Below are positions 50,050 through 58,695 of a stretch of DNA of 64,000 nt, in pieces. The translations under genes were made by a program, and so were the position numbers. The DNA comes from Minisyncoccota bacterium (GTDB taxonomy: Bacteria > Patescibacteriota > Minisyncoccia > Phycocordibacterales > XYD1-FULL-46-19), in assembly GCA_041657405.1 (NCBI GenBank), contig JBBABX010000002.1, positions 108,915 through 172,914 of the forward strand, in the 5' to 3' direction. The notes beneath the pieces are model-generated. The model saw only the letters and a list, made by a program, of their open reading frames with translations, made no database searches and was not told the DNA's origin. Position 1 is the first letter of the stretch; every line of letters starts with the position of its first letter.

Positions 50050-50640
50050 ATGGATTATTACCTAGGTCAAATTCAAGAGAGGTTTTATAAACTTGAGTGG
50101 AATCGCACCTATGATTTTTTGGAATTTATAATTTCTTCTGATAATTATGATCAGCGTAGAAATAATCTTGTCTGGCAGTTAAATCAGGTTTTTGATGAAG
50201 AAAAAATACCTTACAAAATAATTGATGGTCAAGTAACCCCACTAATTTCTGAGGAAGAATTAGAAGAGATTGATACAGCCCTAAACAGTAAGTATGATTT
50301 AGTCTCCAATCATCTAAGAAGGGCCCTCGAGTACTATAAAAAGAGACCAGAAGCCGACTATAAGAATTCAATAAAAGAATCAGTAAGTGCCGTCGAAGCA
50401 TTAGCGAAAATATTATTGAATAATCCACAAGGCACCTTAGGTAAACTTGCTGATGATCTAAACATTCACAGTGCTCTTAAGGAAGCTATAAAGAAAATAT
50501 ACGGATGGACTTCAGATGAGGGTGGTATAAGACACTCAGAAAAGAATGGACAAAAAAGTGTCGATATTGCTGAGGCTAGATATATGCTTGTCCATTGTTC
50601 CGCTCTTGTAAACTTTCTGATTTCAAAATATGAAAACTAA
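50050..50640 (+). CDS. hypothetical protein inserted in R-M operon (possible Abi/HEPN-like accessory)
   Basis: 196-aa helical protein with GWTSDEGGIRHSEKNGQ (R-H pair). Sits at a position where Abi/anticodon-nuclease genes occur in Type I loci. Confidence 0.35.
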   Translation: MDYYLGQIQERFYKLEWNRTYDFLEFIISSDNYDQRRNNLVWQLNQVFDEEKIPYKIIDGQVTPLISEEELEEIDTALNSKYDLVSNHLRRALEYYKKRPEADYKNSIKESVSAVEALAKILLNNPQGTLGKLADDLNIHSALKEAIKKIYGWTSDEGGIRHSEKNGQKSVDIAEARYMLVHCSALVNFLISKYEN

Positions 50641-51841
50641 TTGGCAAACAAAAAAACTCGGTGAGATTTGTGATATAGAGATTGGTAAAACCCCATCTCG
50701 ATCAAATAAAAAACTGTGGGATATTGAGAAAACAACTAAGAATGTCTGGTTGTCCATAAGAGATCTTTCAAATGCGGAAGATGGAATTATCTCTGATAGT
50801 AGAGAATATGTTTCTGATAAAGCTGCATCATCTTTATCGCTTGTTGAAAAGGGTACATTGTTGGTCAGCTTCAAACTCACTCTTGGCCGACTGGCATTTG
50901 CTGGTAAAGATTTATATACGAATGAGGCGATTGCTGCGCTAAATATTAAGGATGAAAAAGAAATATCTAGAGAATATCTATATCAGTATTTAAGTTATTT
51001 TGATTGGGATGCTGCAACAAAAGGTGATGTGAAAGTAAAAGGAAAAACTCTCAATAAAGCTAAATTAAAGGAAATTGAAATAGTATATCCACCACTCCCC
51101 GAACAAAAAAGGATAGTAAAAACTCTTGATGAGACATTCAAAAAACTAGAAAAAGCAAAAGAAATTACAGAAAAGAATTTAAGGAATTCAAAAGAGCTTT
51201 TCGACTCTTACTTGCAGGGAGTTTTCAATAGTCCAAATAGTAATTGGAAAGAGAAACGACTTGAGGAACTAGGCCAGATTACTTCTAGTAAGAGAATTTA
51301 CAAAAAAGAATACGTCACTCATGGTATTCCTTTTTACAGAATAAAAGAAATTAAAGAGCTTGCTCATGATAAAAAAATAACGATTGAGCTGTATATTTCA
51401 AAAGATAGATACAAAGAAATAAAGAATATTTTTGGTATACCCAAAGAGGGAGATATCTTAATGACAGCTGTGGGAACTATTGGTGAAATTTATGTGGTGA
51501 AAAAAGATGAGGAGTTTTACTTTAAAGATGGAAATATTCTCTGGTTTAAAAACTTCGATACTGTAGATCCAAATTTTCTAAAATATGCACTGATTTCCTT
51601 TGTTGAACAAATCAATAATCTTTCTAAAGGTTCTGCTTACAGTGCCCTAACGATAGAAAAAATCGAAAAACATAAGATATTTATACCTACTGACATAAAA
51701 GAACAAAAATCTATTGTTAAAAAACTCGACCATCTTTCTGAACAAACAAAAAATCTCGAATTAATTTATCAAAAGAAAATTTCTGCTATCGAGGAATTGA
51801 AAAGATCCATCCTAAGCAAAGCCTTCTCAAAGGGACTATAG
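50630..51841 (+). CDS. hsdS: Type I R-M specificity subunit S (two target-recognition domains)
   Basis: Duplicated TRD architecture with a conserved central repeat LPPLPEQKRIVKTLDE and coiled-coil spacers. Confidence 0.85.
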   Translation: MKTNWQTKKLGEICDIEIGKTPSRSNKKLWDIEKTTKNVWLSIRDLSNAEDGIISDSREYVSDKAASSLSLVEKGTLLVSFKLTLGRLAFAGKDLYTNEAIAALNIKDEKEISREYLYQYLSYFDWDAATKGDVKVKGKTLNKAKLKEIEIVYPPLPEQKRIVKTLDETFKKLEKAKEITEKNLRNSKELFDSYLQGVFNSPNSNWKEKRLEELGQITSSKRIYKKEYVTHGIPFYRIKEIKELAHDKKITIELYISKDRYKEIKNIFGIPKEGDILMTAVGTIGEIYVVKKDEEFYFKDGNILWFKNFDTVDPNFLKYALISFVEQINNLSKGSAYSALTIEKIEKHKIFIPTDIKEQKSIVKKLDHLSEQTKNLELIYQKKISAIEELKRSILSKAFSKGL

Positions 51842-51843
51842 TA

Positions 51844-54171
51844 TTGTATAATGTCAAGCATATGAACGAAGCAGAAACTAGAGCTGAATATATTGATCCG
51901 AAGCTAAAAGAATCTGGCTGGGGTGTCATCGAAGGATCCAAAGTCCTTCGAGAATTTCGTATATCTCCAGGGAAAATTCAAATCGGTGGTGCTCTACAAA
52001 AACCTGAAATTGCAGACTATGTCTTGGTATATAAAAACCGTAAGCTTGCGATTGTAGAAGCAAAGAAAGAGTCACTTGAATATACAGAAGGTGTTGCTCA
52101 AGCAAAGACATATGCTGGTAAACTTCAGATTGCTTATACATACTCTACAAATGGTCACGATATCTATGAGATAGGAATGCAAACAGGTCTCGAGGGACCA
52201 GTGAATAAATTTCCAACACCGGATGAACTCTGGGATAAGACTTATTCAGATCAAAATGCTTGGAAAGAAAAATTTACCAATGTCCCATTTGAAGACGTAA
52301 ACGGGAGTAAGAATGCTCGCTACTATCAAGAGATTGCCGTTAATCGTGTTATGGACGCTGTGGCAGAAGATAAGAAAAGAGTGTTGCTGACACTTGCAAC
52401 AGGTACGGGAAAAACTTTTATTGCTTTCCAAATTGCGTGGAAACTATTCCAGAGCAGATGGAATCTATCAAAAGACGGTGAAAGACGACCTCGTATACTT
52501 TTCCTAGCTGATAGAAACATACTTGCTGATCAAGCATTTAATGCCTTCGGTGCTTTTCCAGAAGATGCTTTGGTTCGTATAACTCCAAATGACATTCGTC
52601 GTAAAGGTGAGGTCCCAATGAACGGCAGTATCTTCTTTGCTATTTTCCAAACATTTATGAGCGGTCCAAATGACACTCCTTACTACGGTGATTATCCTTC
52701 AGACTATTTTGATTTCATTATTATTGATGAGTGTCACCGCGGTGGTGCAAATGATGAATCTAATTGGCGAGGTATTCTTGAATACTTCTCTCCTGCGGTC
52801 CAACTAGGTCTTACAGCTACTCCAAAACGAAAAGATAATACAGACACATATAAATATTTTGGTGATCCAGTCTATATATACTCTCTTAAGGAAGGTATAA
52901 ACGATGGATTCCTTACACCGTTCAAAGTCAAAAGAATCAAAACAACGCTTGATGAGTACATCTACACATCAGACGACATGATTGTTGAAGGTGAAGTAGA
53001 AGAAGGAAAGGTTTACAAAGAGGATGATTTTGCTCGTGGAAATATAAAAATTATTGAGCGAGAGGAATTTCGTGTTAAGACATTTTTGAAAGAAATAAAT
53101 CAAAATGAAAAAACTATCGTATTTTGTGCTACACAAGGTCATGCGCTTCTTGTTCGTGATTTGATAAATAAACATAAAGAAAATAAAGATCCAAATTATT
53201 GTCAGCGTGTTACTGCAAATGATGGTTTTCTTGGTGAACAATATCTAAGAGAGTTTCAAGATAACGAAAAGACCATCCCGACAATTTTGACTACATCACA
53301 AAAACTTTCTACAGGAGTAGATGCACGAAACATTCGAAATATTGTACTTATGCGACCAGTCAACTCAATGATTGAGTTTAAACAAATAGTTGGACGTGGC
53401 ACGAGACTGTTTGATGGTAAAGAATATTTCACAATTATAGATTTTGTAGATGCATATCATCATTTCCTAGATCCTGAATGGGATGGCGAACCGATTGATC
53501 AAACCACTGAAGAGGTTGAGCCGAAAGAACCAAAAGAGCCTAAGGAACCGAGAGAACCCGGACCAACACCTGAGCCACCAGAAGAACAACCAAGGAAGTT
53601 GAAAATCAAACTTCGTGATGGTAAAGAAAGAGAAATACAACATATGGTCCAAACATCTTTTTGGAGTGCTGATGGTAGACCAATTTCTACTGAAGAATTT
53701 TTGAATAATCTTTATGGAACCTTGCCTGATTTATTTAAAGATGAAAAACAATTAAGAGATATTTGGTCAAATCCACAAACTCGAAAGACTCTACTTGATA
53801 AACTTGGTGAACTTGGATATGGAAAAGATCAGCTTGAATCTATTCAAAAAATTATAAACGCTGAGAATAGTGATTTGTTCGATGTGCTTGGATATATTGC
53901 ATTTGCATTACAGCCTATTACTCGTGCAGAGAGAATTCAAAATACAAAGTACGACATCTTGGATGGTTTAGATGAAAAACATCGTGAGTTTATTGAATTC
54001 GTATTAGCTAAATATCAAGAGAGAGGTGTTGAAGAATTAGATGAAGAAAAACTCCCACAATTACTCAATCTCAAATATCACGCTATTTCTGATGCCGAGA
54101 AAAAACTTGGCGGAGTTAAATTGATCAGATCAAATTTCTTTACCTTTCAAAAGCATCTTTATTCAAAATAA
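51844..54171 (+). CDS. hsdR: Type I restriction enzyme R subunit (short, ~775 aa) with Pro/Glu/Lys-rich linker
   Basis: HsdR N-terminal nuclease region TRAEYIDPKL; helicase motif I LATGTGKTF; DEAH-like IIDECHRG; motif VI QIVGRGTR; EPKEPKEPKEPREPGP linker. Confidence 0.9.
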   Translation: MYNVKHMNEAETRAEYIDPKLKESGWGVIEGSKVLREFRISPGKIQIGGALQKPEIADYVLVYKNRKLAIVEAKKESLEYTEGVAQAKTYAGKLQIAYTYSTNGHDIYEIGMQTGLEGPVNKFPTPDELWDKTYSDQNAWKEKFTNVPFEDVNGSKNARYYQEIAVNRVMDAVAEDKKRVLLTLATGTGKTFIAFQIAWKLFQSRWNLSKDGERRPRILFLADRNILADQAFNAFGAFPEDALVRITPNDIRRKGEVPMNGSIFFAIFQTFMSGPNDTPYYGDYPSDYFDFIIIDECHRGGANDESNWRGILEYFSPAVQLGLTATPKRKDNTDTYKYFGDPVYIYSLKEGINDGFLTPFKVKRIKTTLDEYIYTSDDMIVEGEVEEGKVYKEDDFARGNIKIIEREEFRVKTFLKEINQNEKTIVFCATQGHALLVRDLINKHKENKDPNYCQRVTANDGFLGEQYLREFQDNEKTIPTILTTSQKLSTGVDARNIRNIVLMRPVNSMIEFKQIVGRGTRLFDGKEYFTIIDFVDAYHHFLDPEWDGEPIDQTTEEVEPKEPKEPKEPREPGPTPEPPEEQPRKLKIKLRDGKEREIQHMVQTSFWSADGRPISTEEFLNNLYGTLPDLFKDEKQLRDIWSNPQTRKTLLDKLGELGYGKDQLESIQKIINAENSDLFDVLGYIAFALQPITRAERIQNTKYDILDGLDEKHREFIEFVLAKYQERGVEELDEEKLPQLLNLKYHAISDAEKKLGGVKLIRSNFFTFQKHLYSK

Positions 54172-54176
54172 GAAAA

Positions 54177-55457
54177 TCAAGTAACCTTAATTGTCTTATT
54201 CTTCAAAACAAGCTCACTACTGATACATTCCAAGATAGATCTTTGCTCTAGCGGAGATCCTTCTTTCAGTACAAATTTTGTATAATCCTTTAGATCAATA
54301 GGTTCTATTTTCTCTGTCTTTTTCTTGCCCAAAAACATTGCTTGTAGCTTCTTAAACTTTTGAATTTCAACATCAAGCTTTGCAGTGAGTTTAACCTTGT
54401 TTATGTTCAAAGTATCAACCATATTAAGTAGTGATTCGATAAGTTCAGTTTCGTTCAGTGCAGGATTTTTACAATTCCTGTCTTTGGCTTTTGTGCATCG
54501 GTAATACACATGCCGATTAACTCCACCATTCAGCAACTTCTTAAACTTTTCATCCGCAGTAATACCTGATCCACAAACTCCACATTTCATAATTCGCGTA
54601 AAAGCAAATTCTTTACCTTGAGATTTAATAACTTGTGACTTGATAGAGTTTCTTGTCTCGTCAAACAATTCTTTAGAGATAATAGGTTTATGTTTTCCCT
54701 CATACCAAACACCTGATCCTTGTGGGAACTCAAAGCGACCATAGTAGAAAGTATTATTTATAATCTTGAATACATTTCCTAAACTTAGATGAAAACCTCT
54801 GTGAGTTTTAAAATCAAGATCATACCGTAACCATGCGTGTACTTTTGATACACTCCATTTTTCATAACTAATCTTCTCAAATATTTGTCGTATGGTATCA
54901 GCTCGTTCTGGATCAATTTCTACCTCACACTTTGCTAATCGTTGATTAGGCTTTCTATATCCTGTTGGTGGTTGTACTGGCCATAATCCCATTTCGCACC
55001 TAGCTCTCATACCACGCTTTACATTGATACTTTTATTATCGTTTTCGAGTTTTGCCTGACTACAAAGGATCATTAGCAGGAACTTATCACTTGGTGAATT
55101 AGAAAAAGTCTGACCAAAAGTTTTGATCTGAATTAGTTTCCTTTGATCCATTCTATCTACAAGTTTTCCGAGGTCACCTGCATTACGAGAAAGTCGATCA
55201 GGTGCCCATGTGATTATTCCGTTGAATATCCCCGTGTCGATATCTTTTACGATTTCCTCAAATACAGGTCTTTGTCCAGATTCTTTTGCAGAGTGGGATT
55301 CCTTGCGGATCTCAACAATGGTGAGATTTTCACGCTCGGCAATCTGCTTCATTTCTTTGATTTGAGAATCAATAGAAAGTGCTTGCTTTTCCTCTGCTTC
55401 GGTTGACTTACGAGCGTATAAGCAATACTTCATTTGGCTTTGTTCAACTTCTGTCAT
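54177..55457 (-). CDS. large serine recombinase (resolvase domain + recombinase domain + zinc ribbon)
   Basis: Catalytic-Ser N-terminus YARKSTEAEEKQALSIDSQ; recombinase domain; C4 zinc ribbon CGVCGS...YYRCTKAKDRNC. Confidence 0.85.
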   Translation of the reverse strand: MTEVEQSQMKYCLYARKSTEAEEKQALSIDSQIKEMKQIAERENLTIVEIRKESHSAKESGQRPVFEEIVKDIDTGIFNGIITWAPDRLSRNAGDLGKLVDRMDQRKLIQIKTFGQTFSNSPSDKFLLMILCSQAKLENDNKSINVKRGMRARCEMGLWPVQPPTGYRKPNQRLAKCEVEIDPERADTIRQIFEKISYEKWSVSKVHAWLRYDLDFKTHRGFHLSLGNVFKIINNTFYYGRFEFPQGSGVWYEGKHKPIISKELFDETRNSIKSQVIKSQGKEFAFTRIMKCGVCGSGITADEKFKKLLNGGVNRHVYYRCTKAKDRNCKNPALNETELIESLLNMVDTLNINKVKLTAKLDVEIQKFKKLQAMFLGKKKTEKIEPIDLKDYTKFVLKEGSPLEQRSILECISSELVLKNKTIKVT

Positions 55458-55559
55458 ATATATATTAATGACGCAGATCAGCTCTTTTGCTAAGCACTCA
55501 ATCGTTGGTAACTTGTTGGTAACTTCCTCTGTTATTTTAAGGTTCTGCGATAGAATGGT

Positions 55560-55790
55560 CGTTGAATAATAGGGTCGAAAATGTTATTATTTGTTTACAA
55601 CTAAATCAGTAGCCTAAACCATTGCTTCGGCAGTGGCATGGTGAATTAAGTCCGTTGAAGATAAAGAACCCATCATGTGGGGTTTGTCTTCCAAGGCCGT
55701 ATCGGGAAACTGGTACGGAGGGTTTAAACCCTCAACCTATGTGGTGGGCTTTTTGTTTCTCTACATAGGATTATTAATCCTAACCTTGAG
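55560..55790 (+). ncRNA. candidate structured RNA / 5' leader upstream of GIY-YIG gene
   Basis: Multiple local helices (GCTTCGGCAGTGGC, GGAGGGTTTAAACCCTC, CATGTGGGG/CCTATGTGG). GC content is well above the local background. Confidence 0.2.
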
Positions 55791-55793
55791 AAA

Positions 55794-56396
55794 ATGAACG
55801 AAATAATTTATATCCTCATAAATGAAGCGATGCCTGGTTATGTGAAGATAGGTAAAACTTCCACAAGTTTAGAACAACGAATCCGAGAGTTAAGTTCTTC
55901 AACAAGTGTTCCTATCCCGTTTACATGTTTCTATGCTTGTACAGTAAAAAGTGCAACATTTGTTGAACAGCAACTACACGATGCATTCGATGACAGTCGT
56001 ATAAATCCACGAAGAGAATTCTTTCATATTTCACCAGAACGAGTGGTAGCCGCACTTAAACTTGCAGAGATAGAGAACATCACCCCAAAGAGAGACTTTG
56101 TAGAATCTAAGGAAGATCAAGAAGCCTTGAATCAGGCCCGCACACGACGATCTAAATTTAATTTTAGTATCGTGAATATTCCAGTCGGAGCTGAACTTGT
56201 GTTCAGTCGAGATGAAAATATTAAGGCTCGAGTTGTTGATAATAATGCAGTTGAGTTTAATGGAGAGATAACTAGCCTTTCTACTTCTGCTCAAAAGATA
56301 CTTGGCTACGATTACGGAGTGGCTGGAACAGACTACTGGATGTATGAAGACGAAACACTTGATGAACGGAGAAGAAGAATTGAGACAGAGGAATAG
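55794..56396 (+). CDS. GIY-YIG nuclease superfamily protein (T5orf172/DUF4357-like)
   Basis: IIYILINEAMPGYVKIGKTS...EQRIREL...H..F...R...REFFHISPE fits the T5orf172 GIY-YIG pattern. Confidence 0.6.
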   Translation: MNEIIYILINEAMPGYVKIGKTSTSLEQRIRELSSSTSVPIPFTCFYACTVKSATFVEQQLHDAFDDSRINPRREFFHISPERVVAALKLAEIENITPKRDFVESKEDQEALNQARTRRSKFNFSIVNIPVGAELVFSRDENIKARVVDNNAVEFNGEITSLSTSAQKILGYDYGVAGTDYWMYEDETLDERRRRIETEE

Positions 56397-56409
56397 AATT
56401 CATTTCTAG

Positions 56410-56994
56410 CTACATTGATGGAATATCAGACTCTTTAGGTTTTTTTATCTTTGGTGGCTTTTTTCCAGTTTTTTCGTATTCTTTCATCCATTCCTCAAAT
56501 ATTTCCTGTGCTCTATATTCATTCGGCTTATTAAGAACACCTCTCCATTTATCCAGAAATTCCACCGCATTTTTTCCTGCTTGTTCTTGTTTTTTCTTTT
56601 CTTCTTCTGTAACAGTGTTTCGTATATTCTGCTCGATTTCGCGTTGTCTAACCCCTTCCATTGTGGAACGGAAATGCGTGATCAAATCATCAGAATCAAC
56701 TTTGAACACATATGGTCTTCTGAAATCAGGGTGCTTATGACTTAACCAATACTTTGTATACATGGTGTCTTTTCTCTTGATACCTTCAAGTACATTACTA
56801 AGAGCAACATCACTAACAAGACCGACACCAAGCGACATAGCTTCATTTATTCGAACGAGAAATTTATGATCCTCTTTCATCCAGCGATAGAAAGTATTTC
56901 TTGAAATACCAATCTTATCACAAGCGATCTGAATGACTGGTGTTTTCTCAATCTCTTCCGCGAGTTTATTAAGCAGTGCCTGTGTCTTTTTCAT
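56410..56994 (-). CDS. HTH protein resembling phage terminase small subunit
   Basis: N-terminal HTH IQIACDKIGISRNTFYRWMKED; basic/acidic C-terminus with a KKPPKIKKPK tail. Confidence 0.4.
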   Translation of the reverse strand: MKKTQALLNKLAEEIEKTPVIQIACDKIGISRNTFYRWMKEDHKFLVRINEAMSLGVGLVSDVALSNVLEGIKRKDTMYTKYWLSHKHPDFRRPYVFKVDSDDLITHFRSTMEGVRQREIEQNIRNTVTEEEKKKQEQAGKNAVEFLDKWRGVLNKPNEYRAQEIFEEWMKEYEKTGKKPPKIKKPKESDIPSM

Positions 56995-58252
56995 AAATCG
57001 CCTTACAACCTGTCAGCTTCTCGTACCTACATACGATCAAGTCACAGAAAACTTCAGAAAGCTCGCACCCATACACCCTTCGACCAAGAGCTTGCGCAGA
57101 AATAAGAGTGCTACCCGAACCAAGAAAGCTGTCCAGAATGATGTCATGGGGCTTCGTACAGCGTTTTATGGCTTTCTCATGGAGCTGTGGAGGTTTAGAT
57201 GTTGCATGTTCGTATTCCTTTGCAGGCAATCGTTTAGCCATCCAAACATCGTTAATTTCTTCAAGTAAGTCATTACCAGTACTTAATTCTTTATTAAGAA
57301 CCTCATTGAGATTTTTAATATTTGAAAGGTATGGTTTTCCACGAATACCGTATACAACAGGCTCATATACTTTATTAAACGCCACAGACGGAACGGGGTT
57401 CTGATTGTTTTTTAACCATAAACACACTCGTTTGTTGGCAATACCTAAAGAGCGATATAGATCCTGAACTACTCCGATATACACCTGATCACACCAGTAA
57501 AATACATGAGTATCTTTATTTGAAACAGCGAGAGCGGCCTCCATGCTGTCTTTCAAAAACTTTTTATACTCATCAAAACTTCTAGTGTCATTCACATTTC
57601 CACCATAATCTTTCTTGCCTCCAATACCACCATCGTAGTCTACGGAAATGTTATAAACTGGATCGCTATAGATCATGCTTGCTCGGTCATTACCAAGCAG
57701 ACGAACAAGGTTGTTTTTATCCGTAGAATCTCCACAAAGGATGCGATGATTTCCGAGAATGATAATGTCACCAAGTTTAGTTTTTGGATTCTTGATTTTC
57801 TTTAGTTCTTTTTCGACATCAAAATCGTCTCCCGTAACTTCTTTTTTGGTGTCCATAAGTTCGCCGATTTCAATCGGGTCGAAACCTGCAAACTCCAACG
57901 TCTCGAAATCGAATGATTTGAGTAAACCAAAATCCCAATCACCGCCAAGCTTATTGGAAGCGATCAAGTACTCTTTTGATTCCTTTTCCGTAAGCTTACG
58001 GTTGGGTACACGAATATCAATAAGCTCTTCACCTCGACCGATGAGTTGCAGAGCTTTTATTCGCTGATGACCAGCGAGAATTGTGCCGTCTTTGTCGACA
58101 GCGGGTATCTCAACAAGGTTATACTTCTTGAGACTTCTAGTAAGATCCGACATTTGCTTGTCGGTAATAACACGAGGATTGATCTTTTGAGGGATAAGAT
58201 CATTAACCCGTTTTTGGACTGTAGTCCAAGATAGTTTTTTCATAAGTAACAA
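56969..58252 (-). CDS. ParB-like nuclease domain fused to beta-class N6A/N4C DNA methyltransferase (orphan MTase)
   Basis: ParB-N box LVEIPAVDKDGTILAGHQRIKAL; motif IV SDPVY (DPPY variant); C-terminal motif I ILDSFLGSGST. Confidence 0.75.
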   Translation of the reverse strand: MLLMKKLSWTTVQKRVNDLIPQKINPRVITDKQMSDLTRSLKKYNLVEIPAVDKDGTILAGHQRIKALQLIGRGEELIDIRVPNRKLTEKESKEYLIASNKLGGDWDFGLLKSFDFETLEFAGFDPIEIGELMDTKKEVTGDDFDVEKELKKIKNPKTKLGDIIILGNHRILCGDSTDKNNLVRLLGNDRASMIYSDPVYNISVDYDGGIGGKKDYGGNVNDTRSFDEYKKFLKDSMEAALAVSNKDTHVFYWCDQVYIGVVQDLYRSLGIANKRVCLWLKNNQNPVPSVAFNKVYEPVVYGIRGKPYLSNIKNLNEVLNKELSTGNDLLEEINDVWMAKRLPAKEYEHATSKPPQLHEKAIKRCTKPHDIILDSFLGSGSTLISAQALGRRVYGCELSEVFCDLIVCRYEKLTGCKAIYEKDTGTA

Positions 58253-58410
58253 CGATAAAAAAGCTGATAAATTTTGCCATAAAAATTTAAAATACCGATG
58301 ACTGTCAGTATTTTTGCTTGTTACTTAAACTCTCCTAGTGCTACAGATGTCCAAAAACATCTGTACTATCAGTTTATCAATTTGATAAATTATGTCAAGC
58401 AAGTTATACT

Positions 58411-58674
58411 GTGGATATGTCAAAAAAGATAACTTTTAACGATCTTGATAAAGATATTGGACAAAAAATTAAAGATTGTCGTTTAGAAGCAGGATATTCT
58501 CAAACAAATCTTGCGAGACTTTTAAAATACGAAACACCTACTGCTATTTCACTGATTGAAAGTGGAGAGAGAAGCTTAAAGATTCATGATCTCATTATTC
58601 TCTGTCAGCTTTTTATGAAAAACTACGAATACTTCTTAGATAAACCCGATACTCATAAAATGGTCGAGAAATAA
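58411..58674 (+). CDS. XRE-family HTH regulator
   Basis: IGQKIKDCRLEAGYSQTNLARLLKYETPTAISLIESGERSLKIHDL. Confidence 0.65.
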   Translation: MDMSKKITFNDLDKDIGQKIKDCRLEAGYSQTNLARLLKYETPTAISLIESGERSLKIHDLIILCQLFMKNYEYFLDKPDTHKMVEK

Positions 58675-58695
58675 AAGTATAACTTTAAACAGTAT

